Positions 40,012 to 49,669 are shown, counted from the stretch's first letter. The stretch: 64,000 nt of DNA from Promethearchaeota archaeon (GCA_048938895.1 JBHLLU010000005.1:32001-96000); one strand, 5' to 3'. Translations and numbers: made by a program. Notes: a model not told the origin generated them from the letters alone.

Positions 40012-40647
40012 TTGACGAACAATAAAACAAGCCATAAGCAAGATCCCCATTATCAAAAAGCTAAAAAAGAAGGCTATAGAGCAAGATCAGCATATAAATT
40101 ACTAGAAATTCAAAAAAGATACAACATTTTTAAACGTGCGTTCTATATTTTGGATCTAGGATGCGCACCCGGCTCCTGGCTTCAAATTTCAAAAAAATTT
40201 GCTGAAGATAATTTAATTAAGTATGATGATCAATATTACCATCGTAATGAATATAAAATACTAGGTGTGGATTTAAAGAAAGTATCCCCTATTGAAAATA
40301 TTGTTACTTTGCAAATGGATTTTACTAATCCTACGTTTCAAAACAAAATTGAATCTTTTTTTCATGATAAAATAGATTTGATTTTATCTGATTCCTCAAT
40401 AAACAAAACTGGTAATAAATTTTCTGATCAAATAAAACAGATTAATCTTTGTTATAAAATTCTTGAGTTGGCAAAGATTTATTTGAAATTTAAGGGAGTA
40501 TTAGTAATGAAAGCATTTCAAGGAACTGATTTTAACAGTTTTGTAGCAAAAATGAAATCTGAATTTAGATTATTAAAAACTTTTAAACCTAGTTCATCTA
40601 AAAAAAAAAGTAATGAAATTTATCTTATTGGGAAGCAAAAAAAGTAA
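40012..40647 (+). CDS. rlmE: 23S rRNA Um2552 2'-O-methyltransferase (RlmE/FtsJ)
   Basis: AKKEGYRARSAYKL, LDLGCAPGSW, ILSD, MKAFQG and SNEIY. Confidence 0.93.
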   Translation: MTNNKTSHKQDPHYQKAKKEGYRARSAYKLLEIQKRYNIFKRAFYILDLGCAPGSWLQISKKFAEDNLIKYDDQYYHRNEYKILGVDLKKVSPIENIVTLQMDFTNPTFQNKIESFFHDKIDLILSDSSINKTGNKFSDQIKQINLCYKILELAKIYLKFKGVLVMKAFQGTDFNSFVAKMKSEFRLLKTFKPSSSKKKSNEIYLIGKQKK

Positions 40648-41259
40648 TTAGATGTCTTGTAGGCGTTCTTCTATTTCATCAAAATTTATATTATATTCTT
40701 TTCCATATGAAGTAATTTCAATCCATTCTGTTAGCCATGGGCAATGTAAGGGATTGAATTGATCCATATTAGTATCATTACACTTACTACGAAATGGACA
40801 GATAAAACATGGTTGTCTGGAAAACATATTCCATACAAAATCTTTCCGAGTCTTATCAATTTTAACACTTTTCACTTTTACTTCAATTTCTTCAATTGAA
40901 TAAATTAGTTTCGTCCAAGACGCATCAATTAATTCGCGTTTGATTTTTACTTTTGATTGAAGTGCTAAAACATCCAGAATTTCTTCTAATTCATTAGATT
41001 CGATTTTGCTTAATTTTAGAAGATCATTAAAATAAATCTCCTTTTCTCGATTAATAATATTTAATACATTTTTCTCGTTTTTATGCAATGAACGCTTAAA
41101 TTCTCTCTTTTTTTCTTCTATCCTTTCAATCCTTCGTTCGACGTCAGATTTTTCATCTACTGGACCTTCAATCCTTTCCTTTATTTTACATTTATGACGT
41201 GATAAATAAGCAAAACTCTTCCCGCAATAAGGACAAGTCTCTTTTTTCTTCTTAGCCAT
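40648..41259 (-). CDS. RPC34/RPC39-like protein (archaeal TFE beta) with extra N-terminal zinc finger
   Basis: Central winged helix and C-terminal PCFICPFRSKC...NPLHCPWLTEW matching the RPC39 [4Fe-4S] motif PCxxCP...C...PxxCxxxxEW; N-terminal CPYC..HKC. Confidence 0.78.
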   Translation of the reverse strand: MAKKKKETCPYCGKSFAYLSRHKCKIKERIEGPVDEKSDVERRIERIEEKKREFKRSLHKNEKNVLNIINREKEIYFNDLLKLSKIESNELEEILDVLALQSKVKIKRELIDASWTKLIYSIEEIEVKVKSVKIDKTRKDFVWNMFSRQPCFICPFRSKCNDTNMDQFNPLHCPWLTEWIEITSYGKEYNINFDEIEERLQDI

Positions 41260-41453
41260 TGTTTTTAGTTACACAAATATTTTTTCATAAGAAATATGGA
41301 CTGTTAATTCCATTTTAAGCACTATGATAATAATTTTATGTTTATTTTTAAATTAATTTTTCTATTTTAATTCAACTTTTCGAAGTAATATTTTATTGTT
41401 TAAGATGGTTTTTGCAAACTATATTTAAAGTTGATAAAACTTAATACATATAG

Positions 41454-42272
41454 ATGTCACTCCATAAAATTTTAAAAATTAAAGAAAACCAAATCATTCC
41501 ACATGATCAAATTATTTTAGGATCTGAAAATTTAAAGAAAGACAGGAAAAAACTTCATATAGGTTCTAAAAATTTTAATGATGCAATAGGAGGTGGGTTT
41601 TCCCCAGGAACGAAATATTTAATATTTGGTGCGAACAAAACTGGTAAAACCCAATTATGTCACCAAATTTGTATCCAAGGATATAAATTTTTTAGTAGGA
41701 TTGTTAAAAAGCAAAATATCAAATTCATATTTTATTTTGATACAGAAAACACTTTTCGACCTGAACGACTAAGGGAATTGTTAAATTCATCTGATCCTAA
41801 GATTAATAGTGTTTTTAAAACCATTTTGGTGTCTAAAATTATGAGCACTTCAGCACTCAACCTTGCTCTAAAGGACTTTGATACTTTAGCTAAAAAGGTT
41901 GAAGGAGGTTTGTTAATAATAGATTCAATTAATAACCACTTTAGATCTGATTTAGGTAATAAAAAAATTTCATTTAATGAGAGCAAAAACATTTTTTTGA
42001 GCATCTTAAATAAAATAAATGAACTTACTGAAACTTCTAATCTAATTACAATAGTGACTTCTCAAGTTACAGCCAATTTCTCAAAAAAAGGGAATATTAA
42101 AGAAATACCTGTTGGAAATCAATTTTTAAATCACTTCTTCTCAGAATATATTTATTTGAGTAAAAAGGATAGTGAAACTAACCATGTACAATTAGTTAAT
42201 TCATTGAACTACCCTGAAAAAAAGCTTTTGTATAAAATAACCTCTAATGGGATTCAAGATTATAAGATTTGA
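41454..42272 (+). CDS. RadA/Rad51 paralogue (aRadC-like)
   Basis: GANKTGKTQLCHQ, DTENTFRPERL, LLIIDSI..HFR and TSQVTA; lacks the RadA N-terminal HhH domain. Confidence 0.88.
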   Translation: MSLHKILKIKENQIIPHDQIILGSENLKKDRKKLHIGSKNFNDAIGGGFSPGTKYLIFGANKTGKTQLCHQICIQGYKFFSRIVKKQNIKFIFYFDTENTFRPERLRELLNSSDPKINSVFKTILVSKIMSTSALNLALKDFDTLAKKVEGGLLIIDSINNHFRSDLGNKKISFNESKNIFLSILNKINELTETSNLITIVTSQVTANFSKKGNIKEIPVGNQFLNHFFSEYIYLSKKDSETNHVQLVNSLNYPEKKLLYKITSNGIQDYKI

Positions 42273-43105
42273 TGCTTTACAATTTGTAGAAAGTGTTCAA
42301 TCGATATATAATTGAATTTCTTAGATATTTTCTTAGAATTCACAAAATATATTTCATTTTTTATTTTGGGAATAATCCACTCCAATAACATAATTCCATA
42401 TTGAAGTTTCTTCTTCTTAATCATTGTCCCTTCTAGATTTTCTTGAAATTCTAACTTAGAATATTTTCCAATAATATTCTGAAAATCCATTCCAATAAGA
42501 AATAATTTCTGTGAAGGATTAATTAATTTATGTAAAAAATAAATAATTCTATCTCCATCTGTAAACCCTCCTGGATTTATTACATTATCTAGGGGTTCTA
42601 CTTGAGTTGTGCCTATAATATTGTGAAAATTTATAATATCATTCCCAAAAATCTTGAGTTTATCAATATTGTCACCGTGGGCATGAACAATATTAAAATC
42701 TGAATAATTAAATTCTTTTTTAGTAATTCCATCTAGATCTGTGAATATAGCATCAATTTTTATCCCTAGTTCCCGTAAAAAGACAGCAGCTCCGTCAGCT
42801 GTGATATTTATAAAACTATTAAAAAAAACTTCTTCCTGTTCTCTCAATATTTTGTTTACAGTTTCCTCTAATGAAGGACCACACCCATAAATCAAAATAT
42901 CTGTTTTTTTTGTGAGTTGTTCTTGAAAAGATTTTATAACATTTTCTAAATTCCATATTTGACTTTTATTAGTAAGTATTTGAGAAAGATAATTACGCGA
43001 TTTACAATCTTCTTGATAATCGAATCCAAAATCGCTTATAATCTGAAAATATAATTCTTTAAATTCATGAAAGTAATTTAGGTTATTCTTTAGGCTAGAA
43101 ACCAT
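42260..43105 (-). CDS. mptE: 6-hydroxymethyl-7,8-dihydropterin pyrophosphokinase (DUF115)
   Basis: GCGPSL, ADGA, TDLDG, VHAHGDN, GGFTDGDR and GMDF. Confidence 0.9.
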   Translation of the reverse strand: MVSSLKNNLNYFHEFKELYFQIISDFGFDYQEDCKSRNYLSQILTNKSQIWNLENVIKSFQEQLTKKTDILIYGCGPSLEETVNKILREQEEVFFNSFINITADGAAVFLRELGIKIDAIFTDLDGITKKEFNYSDFNIVHAHGDNIDKLKIFGNDIINFHNIIGTTQVEPLDNVINPGGFTDGDRIIYFLHKLINPSQKLFLIGMDFQNIIGKYSKLEFQENLEGTMIKKKKLQYGIMLLEWIIPKIKNEIYFVNSKKISKKFNYISIEHFLQIVKHQIL

Positions 43106-43234
43106 ATCATCTGATAAACTTAATTGTAAATCGCAATAATAAAATTTTATATTCTTACCTTAATTAATAAAAACATACTATTTAATTCAATATTATTTTA
43201 AGTCATAAACAAATTAAATAGGAGTTAGTTAAAA

Positions 43235-43627
43235 ATGGTTAAATGGTTTACTAAAACACACCAATGGTTTGATGATGGAACAAAAGAAGTAGGAATTACA
43301 CCTTATGCTGCTGAGCAGTTAGGTGAGATTTCTTTTGTTGATGTTGAAGGTCTTGAAGGTGCTGAGCTTGAACAGGTAAAAATGGATGGTGATGAACCTA
43401 CTAGCGACCCTATTGATTGTACTGTAGAGAGTAGTAAAGCTGTTGGAGACATTTATAGTCCCGTCTCAGGTACAGTCACTGCAGTTAATTCTGATTTAAT
43501 GGATGAACCAGAAAAGATTAATGAAAATGCTTTTGGAGCCTGGCTCTACAAAATTGATCCATCAAACTGGGAAGCTGAAAAAGGTAACTTATTAGACGAA
43601 GCAGCTTATAACGCTTTTATTGGTTAA
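43235..43627 (+). CDS. gcvH: Glycine cleavage H-protein (lipoyl carrier)
   Basis: HQW, VGITPYAAEQLG, VESSKAVGDIYSPVSG (lipoyl-Lys) and PEKIN..GAWL; AGGAG Shine-Dalgarno; T-rich terminator follows. Confidence 0.95.
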   Translation: MVKWFTKTHQWFDDGTKEVGITPYAAEQLGEISFVDVEGLEGAELEQVKMDGDEPTSDPIDCTVESSKAVGDIYSPVSGTVTAVNSDLMDEPEKINENAFGAWLYKIDPSNWEAEKGNLLDEAAYNAFIG

Positions 43628-43720
43628 TCTCTTTAAAATATTTTATTTTTTTTTTTAATCTTTTAATTTTTTGAATTATATGTGAACTAATATATTTCAT
43701 TTTAGATCTGAAAGCAAATT

Positions 43721-44227
43721 TTACTGCTTTAAAACTCCTGTTTTTACTGCTATTATATACTGAAGTCCTATAAAGCAGATTAATATAAGCAAAACACCTA
43801 CAACTAGATACGTGACTGCCATTTTTCGATTATAAACATGTTTAGAAGCTTGAAACAATAATACAAATCCCGTAGAGCATAATAAAATTAGGATTGAAGC
43901 CACAATGCTTTCGATAATAAAAGCTTCATTAATATCGGTAAGAATAAAAATGGGATCACCTTGTTGTGTTGCTCCTAGTGCGGGGGGTTCCCTAACAATT
44001 AAATAGGCTATACCCGTTTGTAGAATAAATAAAATTATAAATATTGTGATTACACTTATTGCTCTTGATGGCATCGGAAGTGATAATCTTGGAAGTCTAA
44101 ATTTAGGAAAATTTAACCTTGGCTTTCTAAATGATTTTCCAAAAATCCACGGTGTTTTACTTTTTAATTTCTCAAACACCGTCTCAGAACCAATTATTTC
44201 TTCTTTCTTTAATGGTTGTTTTTGCAT
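43721..44227 (-). CDS. OSTC/DC2 (OST3/OST6 family) oligosaccharyltransferase subunit homologue
   Basis: LPMPS..., GIAYLIVREPPALG and NEAFIIESIVAS align by eye with OSTC (LHMPS, GIIYDVIVEPPSVG, NGQYIMEGLASS); three TMs and no thioredoxin domain. Confidence 0.8.
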   Translation of the reverse strand: MQKQPLKKEEIIGSETVFEKLKSKTPWIFGKSFRKPRLNFPKFRLPRLSLPMPSRAISVITIFIILFILQTGIAYLIVREPPALGATQQGDPIFILTDINEAFIIESIVASILILLCSTGFVLLFQASKHVYNRKMAVTYLVVGVLLILICFIGLQYIIAVKTGVLKQ

Positions 44228-44298
44228 AATCTACAATAAAAGAATTATTAATTACAATTTAATAATTTTTTCAAATCATAATATCTTTTGTTAATATT

Positions 44299-45804
44299 CT
44301 AATTTAGCTTTCCTAATAAGGTTATTAAGAACTTCCAAATTTTTTCGACAGATTTTACTGACAGTCTCTCGTCGGGTGAGTGGGCGCCTACATTTGCAGG
44401 GCCGATTGATATCATATCCATATTAGGAAACTTTTTCTTCAAAATTCCGCATTCCAAACCTGCATGAATTGCTTTTACCTCAATATTTTTATTAAATTCC
44501 TCTTTAAATGTCTCTTTTGTTGATTTTAAAAGATTCGAATCGAAATTTGGCTGCCATCCAGGATAATCAGAATCAATTATAATATCTATCTCCAAATCTG
44601 TTAAATTAAACAAAGATACAGCTTTCTCCCAGATGATTTCTTTAAAATATTCACTCAAACTCCGTTGACTTAACTTGATCTCAATTTTTTCATCATCAGT
44701 ATTTATTACACCTAAATTTGATGAACTAAAGACAAGGCCCCTGATTTGTGGATGCATAGAGAGGGGACCATTAGGTATTGTATATAATATATTAAGGATA
44801 TTATCTTGAATTTTTTTTGTAAAGACATTGTTCTCCTCAAATGTTTTCAATTTTTGAATAGAAATATTTATATCAGGATCAATTCCATTAAAAAGAACTG
44901 TGATTTTTGAAACAAGTTCCTCAATAAATCCCACTATTTTTGAAATTTCGTCTGTTTGGATAAATAAATTTGCACTAGCTTCCCTAGGTATCGCGTTAGT
45001 TCTATTACCTCCATTTATAGAAGAAATAAAAACTTTAAACTTCCTATTTAGTTTCCAAAGTATCTCACCCATAATTTTTAATGCATTTCCTCTACCTAGA
45101 TGGATATCTGCTCCTGAATGCCCTCCATTCAAGCCAGATATAAAGATTCTTAATGGAATCAGATTTTCTTCCTTATTTATCTTAAAGGTTTGTTTTTTTA
45201 TTTGAAACAAAGTCACTCTTCCTCCCGCACAACCAATTGTTACAGAATTTTCGTCTTCTGCATCTAAGTTAATAAGATATTTTCCGGATATTAAGTTTTC
45301 ATCAATTTTAAATGCCCCTCTTAAACCCATTTCTTCATCAACAGTAAATAAAAGGTCAAATCCAAATTTGAAGGATAATTCTCTTTCAAATATCTTTTTC
45401 ATTAATGTGAGTATGTATGCTATACCGACTCCGTTGTCAGCGCCTAGTGTCGTTCCAACGGCAGTGACCCATTTTTGATTGTCAATTTCTAAGATTTCTA
45501 ATTTTAAAGGATCTTTAAAAAAATCATGAGAAATCCCATCATTTTTTTCGCAAACCATATCTAGATGGCATTGTAGAACAACTTTTACACCTTGGTTATC
45601 TTTTTTAGGAATTCTTACGACAAGATTTCCTGTATTATCTACCTTTGTATTAAAACCTAATCTTTCTGCTTCTTCCTTTACATATGATCTAACTCTTTCC
45701 TCATGCTCTGAACAACGAGGAATTTTAGTAATTTGTTCAAAATACTCCCAAAATTCAGAAGGTTTTCCTAACTCATTTAATTTTGACAAAAACTTCCCTT
45801 CCAC
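44299..45804 (-). CDS. pepD: Aminoacyl-histidine dipeptidase (M20C)
   Basis: QCHLDMVCEK, TTLGADNG, VDEEMG, GGHSG, IHAGLECG and HSPDE. Confidence 0.95.
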   Translation of the reverse strand: MEGKFLSKLNELGKPSEFWEYFEQITKIPRCSEHEERVRSYVKEEAERLGFNTKVDNTGNLVVRIPKKDNQGVKVVLQCHLDMVCEKNDGISHDFFKDPLKLEILEIDNQKWVTAVGTTLGADNGVGIAYILTLMKKIFERELSFKFGFDLLFTVDEEMGLRGAFKIDENLISGKYLINLDAEDENSVTIGCAGGRVTLFQIKKQTFKINKEENLIPLRIFISGLNGGHSGADIHLGRGNALKIMGEILWKLNRKFKVFISSINGGNRTNAIPREASANLFIQTDEISKIVGFIEELVSKITVLFNGIDPDINISIQKLKTFEENNVFTKKIQDNILNILYTIPNGPLSMHPQIRGLVFSSSNLGVINTDDEKIEIKLSQRSLSEYFKEIIWEKAVSLFNLTDLEIDIIIDSDYPGWQPNFDSNLLKSTKETFKEEFNKNIEVKAIHAGLECGILKKKFPNMDMISIGPANVGAHSPDERLSVKSVEKIWKFLITLLGKLN

Positions 45805-45885
45805 TTAAAATATATATAGTATTTATTTTATAATAATTATAAAATAACACTAAATTCCTTATAATATTATTTAAAGGCTGTTTAA

Positions 45886-46998
45886 ATGAGTTTGAAAGAT
45901 ATTTATTCAGAAGTAAAGAAGCGCAAGATGGAAGCTCTGAATAAAAAGGATGTTGTTGAAGCAGTAGAAAAACATGGGAAAATTTTAGCAATTAGTGGAC
46001 GGTATGAAAAACCTAAAAAAGTTGTAGAACATATGTATGCTTCGGTGAAAAAGGTTGTAAAAGAAAGAGAAATTATGAAAGAAAATTTATCACAGTATGA
46101 TGTTGTGCTTATAGGCTGTCCAGGTAGCGATATTCCTCATGCTTCCTATCCAAAAGTCAAGGATTTTGTCACAAACGGAGGATGGTTAATAACTACTGAT
46201 TGGGCCCTTCAGAGCATTATAGAAAATATTTTTCCCGGATATATAAGGTGGAATCGGGCAAAAACAGCTGATGCTGTTGTTCCATGTCAAATAATCCAAC
46301 CAGATCATCCCTTTTTAGAAGGAGTTTTAAGTGAAATTCAACAGAGCAAATGGCAAAAACAAACTGTAAAAAATACGAAGAAAAGTGAATTCCGTTGGTG
46401 GTTAGAAACGCGATCATTCCCAATCCAGATCATCAATCATGAAGCAGTAAGAGTATTAATTAATTCTTGGGAGATTCAAAATAAATGGGGAGAATCCCCT
46501 GTACTGGTTGAATTTGATTACGGTAAAATGGGGGGGCGAATTATTCACATGATAAGTCACACTCATTTACAGAAAGGAGGTGCAAAAGGTAAATATGCAT
46601 CAGCGTTAATTCTTACAAATATCCTAGATGAAAAGGTTTCTCAAAGAATGGGATTTTCAAAAAAACCTACATCTGGATATGTATCTGATTGGGAAACACC
46701 TCAAACTCAACCACAATATTTTCAATCAACTACAGATACACAACAGAATGACTATATTACTCCAACATCGAGTGGTGCAGGACTCACCGGAACTTCTCAA
46801 ATTATTGAATTAGACGTGAATAATTCTGCCGGATTTTCCTACACTAGTACTTGTATATATTGCGGATATGATTTTACAGAGCATATGGGAAAGATATTTT
46901 TATGTAAAGAATGCAAAGCTCCATACCATGAAAGCTGTATTAATATGCAAATAAATGAAGGTACTTGTAAGAACTGTGGCAGAATTTTATTATGGTAA
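45886..46998 (+). CDS. Hypothetical protein: GATase-like alpha/beta domain, S/T/Q linker, C-terminal C4HC3 RING/PHD finger
   Basis: YDVVLIGCPG and FVTNGGWLITTDWAL; C-terminal CIYC...CKEC...HESC...CKNC. Confidence 0.7.
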   Translation: MSLKDIYSEVKKRKMEALNKKDVVEAVEKHGKILAISGRYEKPKKVVEHMYASVKKVVKEREIMKENLSQYDVVLIGCPGSDIPHASYPKVKDFVTNGGWLITTDWALQSIIENIFPGYIRWNRAKTADAVVPCQIIQPDHPFLEGVLSEIQQSKWQKQTVKNTKKSEFRWWLETRSFPIQIINHEAVRVLINSWEIQNKWGESPVLVEFDYGKMGGRIIHMISHTHLQKGGAKGKYASALILTNILDEKVSQRMGFSKKPTSGYVSDWETPQTQPQYFQSTTDTQQNDYITPTSSGAGLTGTSQIIELDVNNSAGFSYTSTCIYCGYDFTEHMGKIFLCKECKAPYHESCINMQINEGTCKNCGRILLW

Positions 46999-47085
46999 AT
47001 TACTTTGCAATGCTTTTTCATAAAAATTAAATTATATTAGACCTTTTCCTTGATATTAAGATTCAAATCATAATGGCTTTAAAAT

Positions 47086-48375
47086 TTGATAGATTTCAAC
47101 CAAATTTTTACTGAGGTAGATAATTTAGACAGAGATAAAGTTTTGGAGATGTTCCAGACTCTTATTAATATAGATACCACCAATCCTCCCGGAAATACTT
47201 ATCGTAATTATGTAGATGCAATTTCATCATACTTTAAAGATTTAAATTATGAATTAGAAGAAGTAGTCGTTCCTAATGAGTTAATAGAAAAAATTCCATA
47301 TCCTCTTGAAGGTCCTCGAGTAAATCTCGTTGCTTCAAAAAATTTTAGACAGAATAAAGAAATAACTTTTTGTGGACATATGGATGTAGTAGCTGCACCA
47401 AACAAAGGAAGCGATAAATGGAGATTTCCCCCATTTGAAGCGACCATGATAAAAAGTGGAAAGATCTATGGTCGAGGCGTTGGTGATAATAAAGGAGCAA
47501 TGATTTGTTTAATTCTTGCTCTTAAAATAATAGAAAAATTGGGTCTTACTCCTAAATATAATATTAACATTCTTAATTGTACTGATGAAGAGATTGGTTT
47601 TTATCCCGGTATTCGCTATTTGACAGAACAAGGATATGTGAAAGGAACAATATACTCCATAGATTATTCCATAGAGCCCATCATTTTAATGGGGACTGCA
47701 GGTGATTTAGAAGTTGAAGTTGAAACTATCGGTAGAAGCTCTCATTCCGGACTTAGTATTTTAGGTGTTAATGCCTTAGAAGAAATGATCCCAATTTTAG
47801 TAGAACTTAAGAAACTTAAGGAAGAGGTTGAAATACGTCAAAGTAACGATATTCCTGGTTTTCCAGATCCTAAAACCAAGGAAAAAAGAAATCTTAATCC
47901 TCTATTCAACTTAGATGTTATTAGATCTGGTGAAAAATCAAACATTATCCCAGATCTTTGCACTCTCATAATCAATAGACGAGTAATACCGGATGAGAGT
48001 ATTGAGGATGTTAAGCAAGAAATACTTAATGCAGTCGATAGGGGAAAAATAAAAAGCAATGCATTAGATGTAAAAACAACCTTTAAATACTCTTACCCTC
48101 CTTTAAAAGCAGATATTAATAGCCCAGAGATCCAGCGAATGAAAAGAGTTATACAACTGGTACATAATATCCCAGAAGAAAGGATTAAGATAACAGGAAT
48201 GTCGATGACATTTGATGTGGGTTTTGTAGCACAAATTCTAAATACTAAAGAAATTATTCTTCGCGGGGTAGCTACTGGGGGTTCAAATACTCACGGTGTA
48301 AATGAGACAATTCGATTAAAAGATATTAAAAAATTTATAAAGGAAATAATCGTCTTTCTATGTGTTGATATGTAA
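47086..48375 (+). CDS. M20 family metallohydrolase (ArgE/DapE-like)
   Basis: GHMDVV, IYGRGVGDNKG, DEEIG, NIIPD and HGVNE. Confidence 0.92.
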   Translation: MIDFNQIFTEVDNLDRDKVLEMFQTLINIDTTNPPGNTYRNYVDAISSYFKDLNYELEEVVVPNELIEKIPYPLEGPRVNLVASKNFRQNKEITFCGHMDVVAAPNKGSDKWRFPPFEATMIKSGKIYGRGVGDNKGAMICLILALKIIEKLGLTPKYNINILNCTDEEIGFYPGIRYLTEQGYVKGTIYSIDYSIEPIILMGTAGDLEVEVETIGRSSHSGLSILGVNALEEMIPILVELKKLKEEVEIRQSNDIPGFPDPKTKEKRNLNPLFNLDVIRSGEKSNIIPDLCTLIINRRVIPDESIEDVKQEILNAVDRGKIKSNALDVKTTFKYSYPPLKADINSPEIQRMKRVIQLVHNIPEERIKITGMSMTFDVGFVAQILNTKEIILRGVATGGSNTHGVNETIRLKDIKKFIKEIIVFLCVDM

Positions 48376-48521
48376 TCTATATTCTCCAAAATAATTTAAC
48401 TAGACAAATCTTAATAGATTTATATGGTTTATTTTGCAAACCTAAAGATTTTACCAAATAATTGGCAATTAAAGAAATAAAATAATAAAAAAAATAAAAA
48501 TAATTTGCCCTTTTTCGAAAT

Positions 48522-48719
48522 TCAGTTCTCTATAATCTCTATCGCTTCTTCTGGGCATTGTGTTTCACATGCCCTACATCCTACACAGTCTTCTCTGTTT
48601 TCTTCTATAACGTTTACTTTTCCACCCTCAGGTTCCCCAAAACATTCAGAAGGGCATACTTCATAGCATGTGCCACATCCCGTGCATGCATCTTTATCTA
48701 TATTAATATCAAAACTCAT
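48522..48719 (-). CDS. Ferredoxin, 2x[4Fe-4S]
   Basis: CTGCGTCYEVCP and CVGCRACETQCP; GAGGT SD upstream. Confidence 0.95.
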   Translation of the reverse strand: MSFDINIDKDACTGCGTCYEVCPSECFGEPEGGKVNVIEENREDCVGCRACETQCPEEAIEIIEN

Positions 48720-48943
48720 TTCCGTTAACCTCTTTAACCAATTTTAAATCATCATTAAATATATAAAACCTTAAACCAGTCTGGTAAATTATTTTATAAA
48801 TTTAATTTATTTTTCTTCTTATCTAGTTTGATTATTTTTAAATAATCCTATGTGTGATAATAGTATAAAAAATATAAATTTCGTTTTTATTTACATAAGT
48901 TATCATTAAAAGATTTATTTTAATTTTTAATTTTTTTATCAAA

Positions 48944-49000
48944 TTAGTACCATAAAAAGTACCAAGAAAAGCGTATGGCGAAACAAAGAACTGCGATCAT
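48944..49000 (-). CDS. Possible 18-aa micropeptide MIAVLCFAIRFSWYFLWY
   Basis: ATG preceded by AGGAGTT, the same SD context as gcvH and the 49184 gene; GC-richer island in an AT-rich spacer. Confidence 0.25.
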   Translation of the reverse strand: MIAVLCFAIRFSWYFLWY

Positions 49001-49183
49001 CTCTTTTAACTCCTAAACTTTGAATAAAAATATTCTTTTTGAATATTAGACAACAATTTTTAATACAATAGAATGGTTTTAATTGAATAATTTTTTAACA
49101 ATTAATATTAATCTTATTTATTATAAAATTTATAATTAAAACAATAAATAGATAGAAAGGAAAAATTAAGGAGTTGAACCCTA

Positions 49184-49498
49184 TTGGCAAAAGATAAAGT
49201 CATCGGAGCAATCGTTATGATTGTTGGGCTCGCTATTGCTGTAATTTATACAATGGGAAGTATCATAGATCTGTTGATGAATACCCTCTGGAACGATCCT
49301 CATTGGGATGATTGGAGCAATATACTCGATATTGATTGGTTAGATTGGCGACTCTTCACGGTTGCACCACTTTGGCTGCTCGTAATCCTAATTTCTATTA
49401 TAGCAATCTGGATAGGTTATAGTATGTTGACAACCCCTGCGCCTGTTCCTCTAGAAGAGTTAGAAGAGGAATTAGCAGGGGAGGAAGATTCTGACTGA
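49184..49498 (+). CDS. Two-TM membrane protein resembling DPM2/PIG-P
   Basis: KDKVIG...IYT and APLWLL...WIGYSMLTTP compared with human DPM2 TDQVVG...YYT and IPLAAG...FISYVMLKT; acidic tail; AAGGAG SD and TTG start. Confidence 0.6.
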   Translation: MAKDKVIGAIVMIVGLAIAVIYTMGSIIDLLMNTLWNDPHWDDWSNILDIDWLDWRLFTVAPLWLLVILISIIAIWIGYSMLTTPAPVPLEELEEELAGEEDSD

Positions 49499-49669
49499 GC
49501 AGTAATTAAAATTATTATTTTTTTTCCATTTTTCATTTTTTTCTTAATCCTTTTACCACATTAATTTCATCAACCATTAGTTAACAATAACTAAAATATA
49601 ATGTTCCCCAAAATAATTATATACATATAAGAAAAATCATATTTCTTCACAAAAATTAGTTGATTTAGT

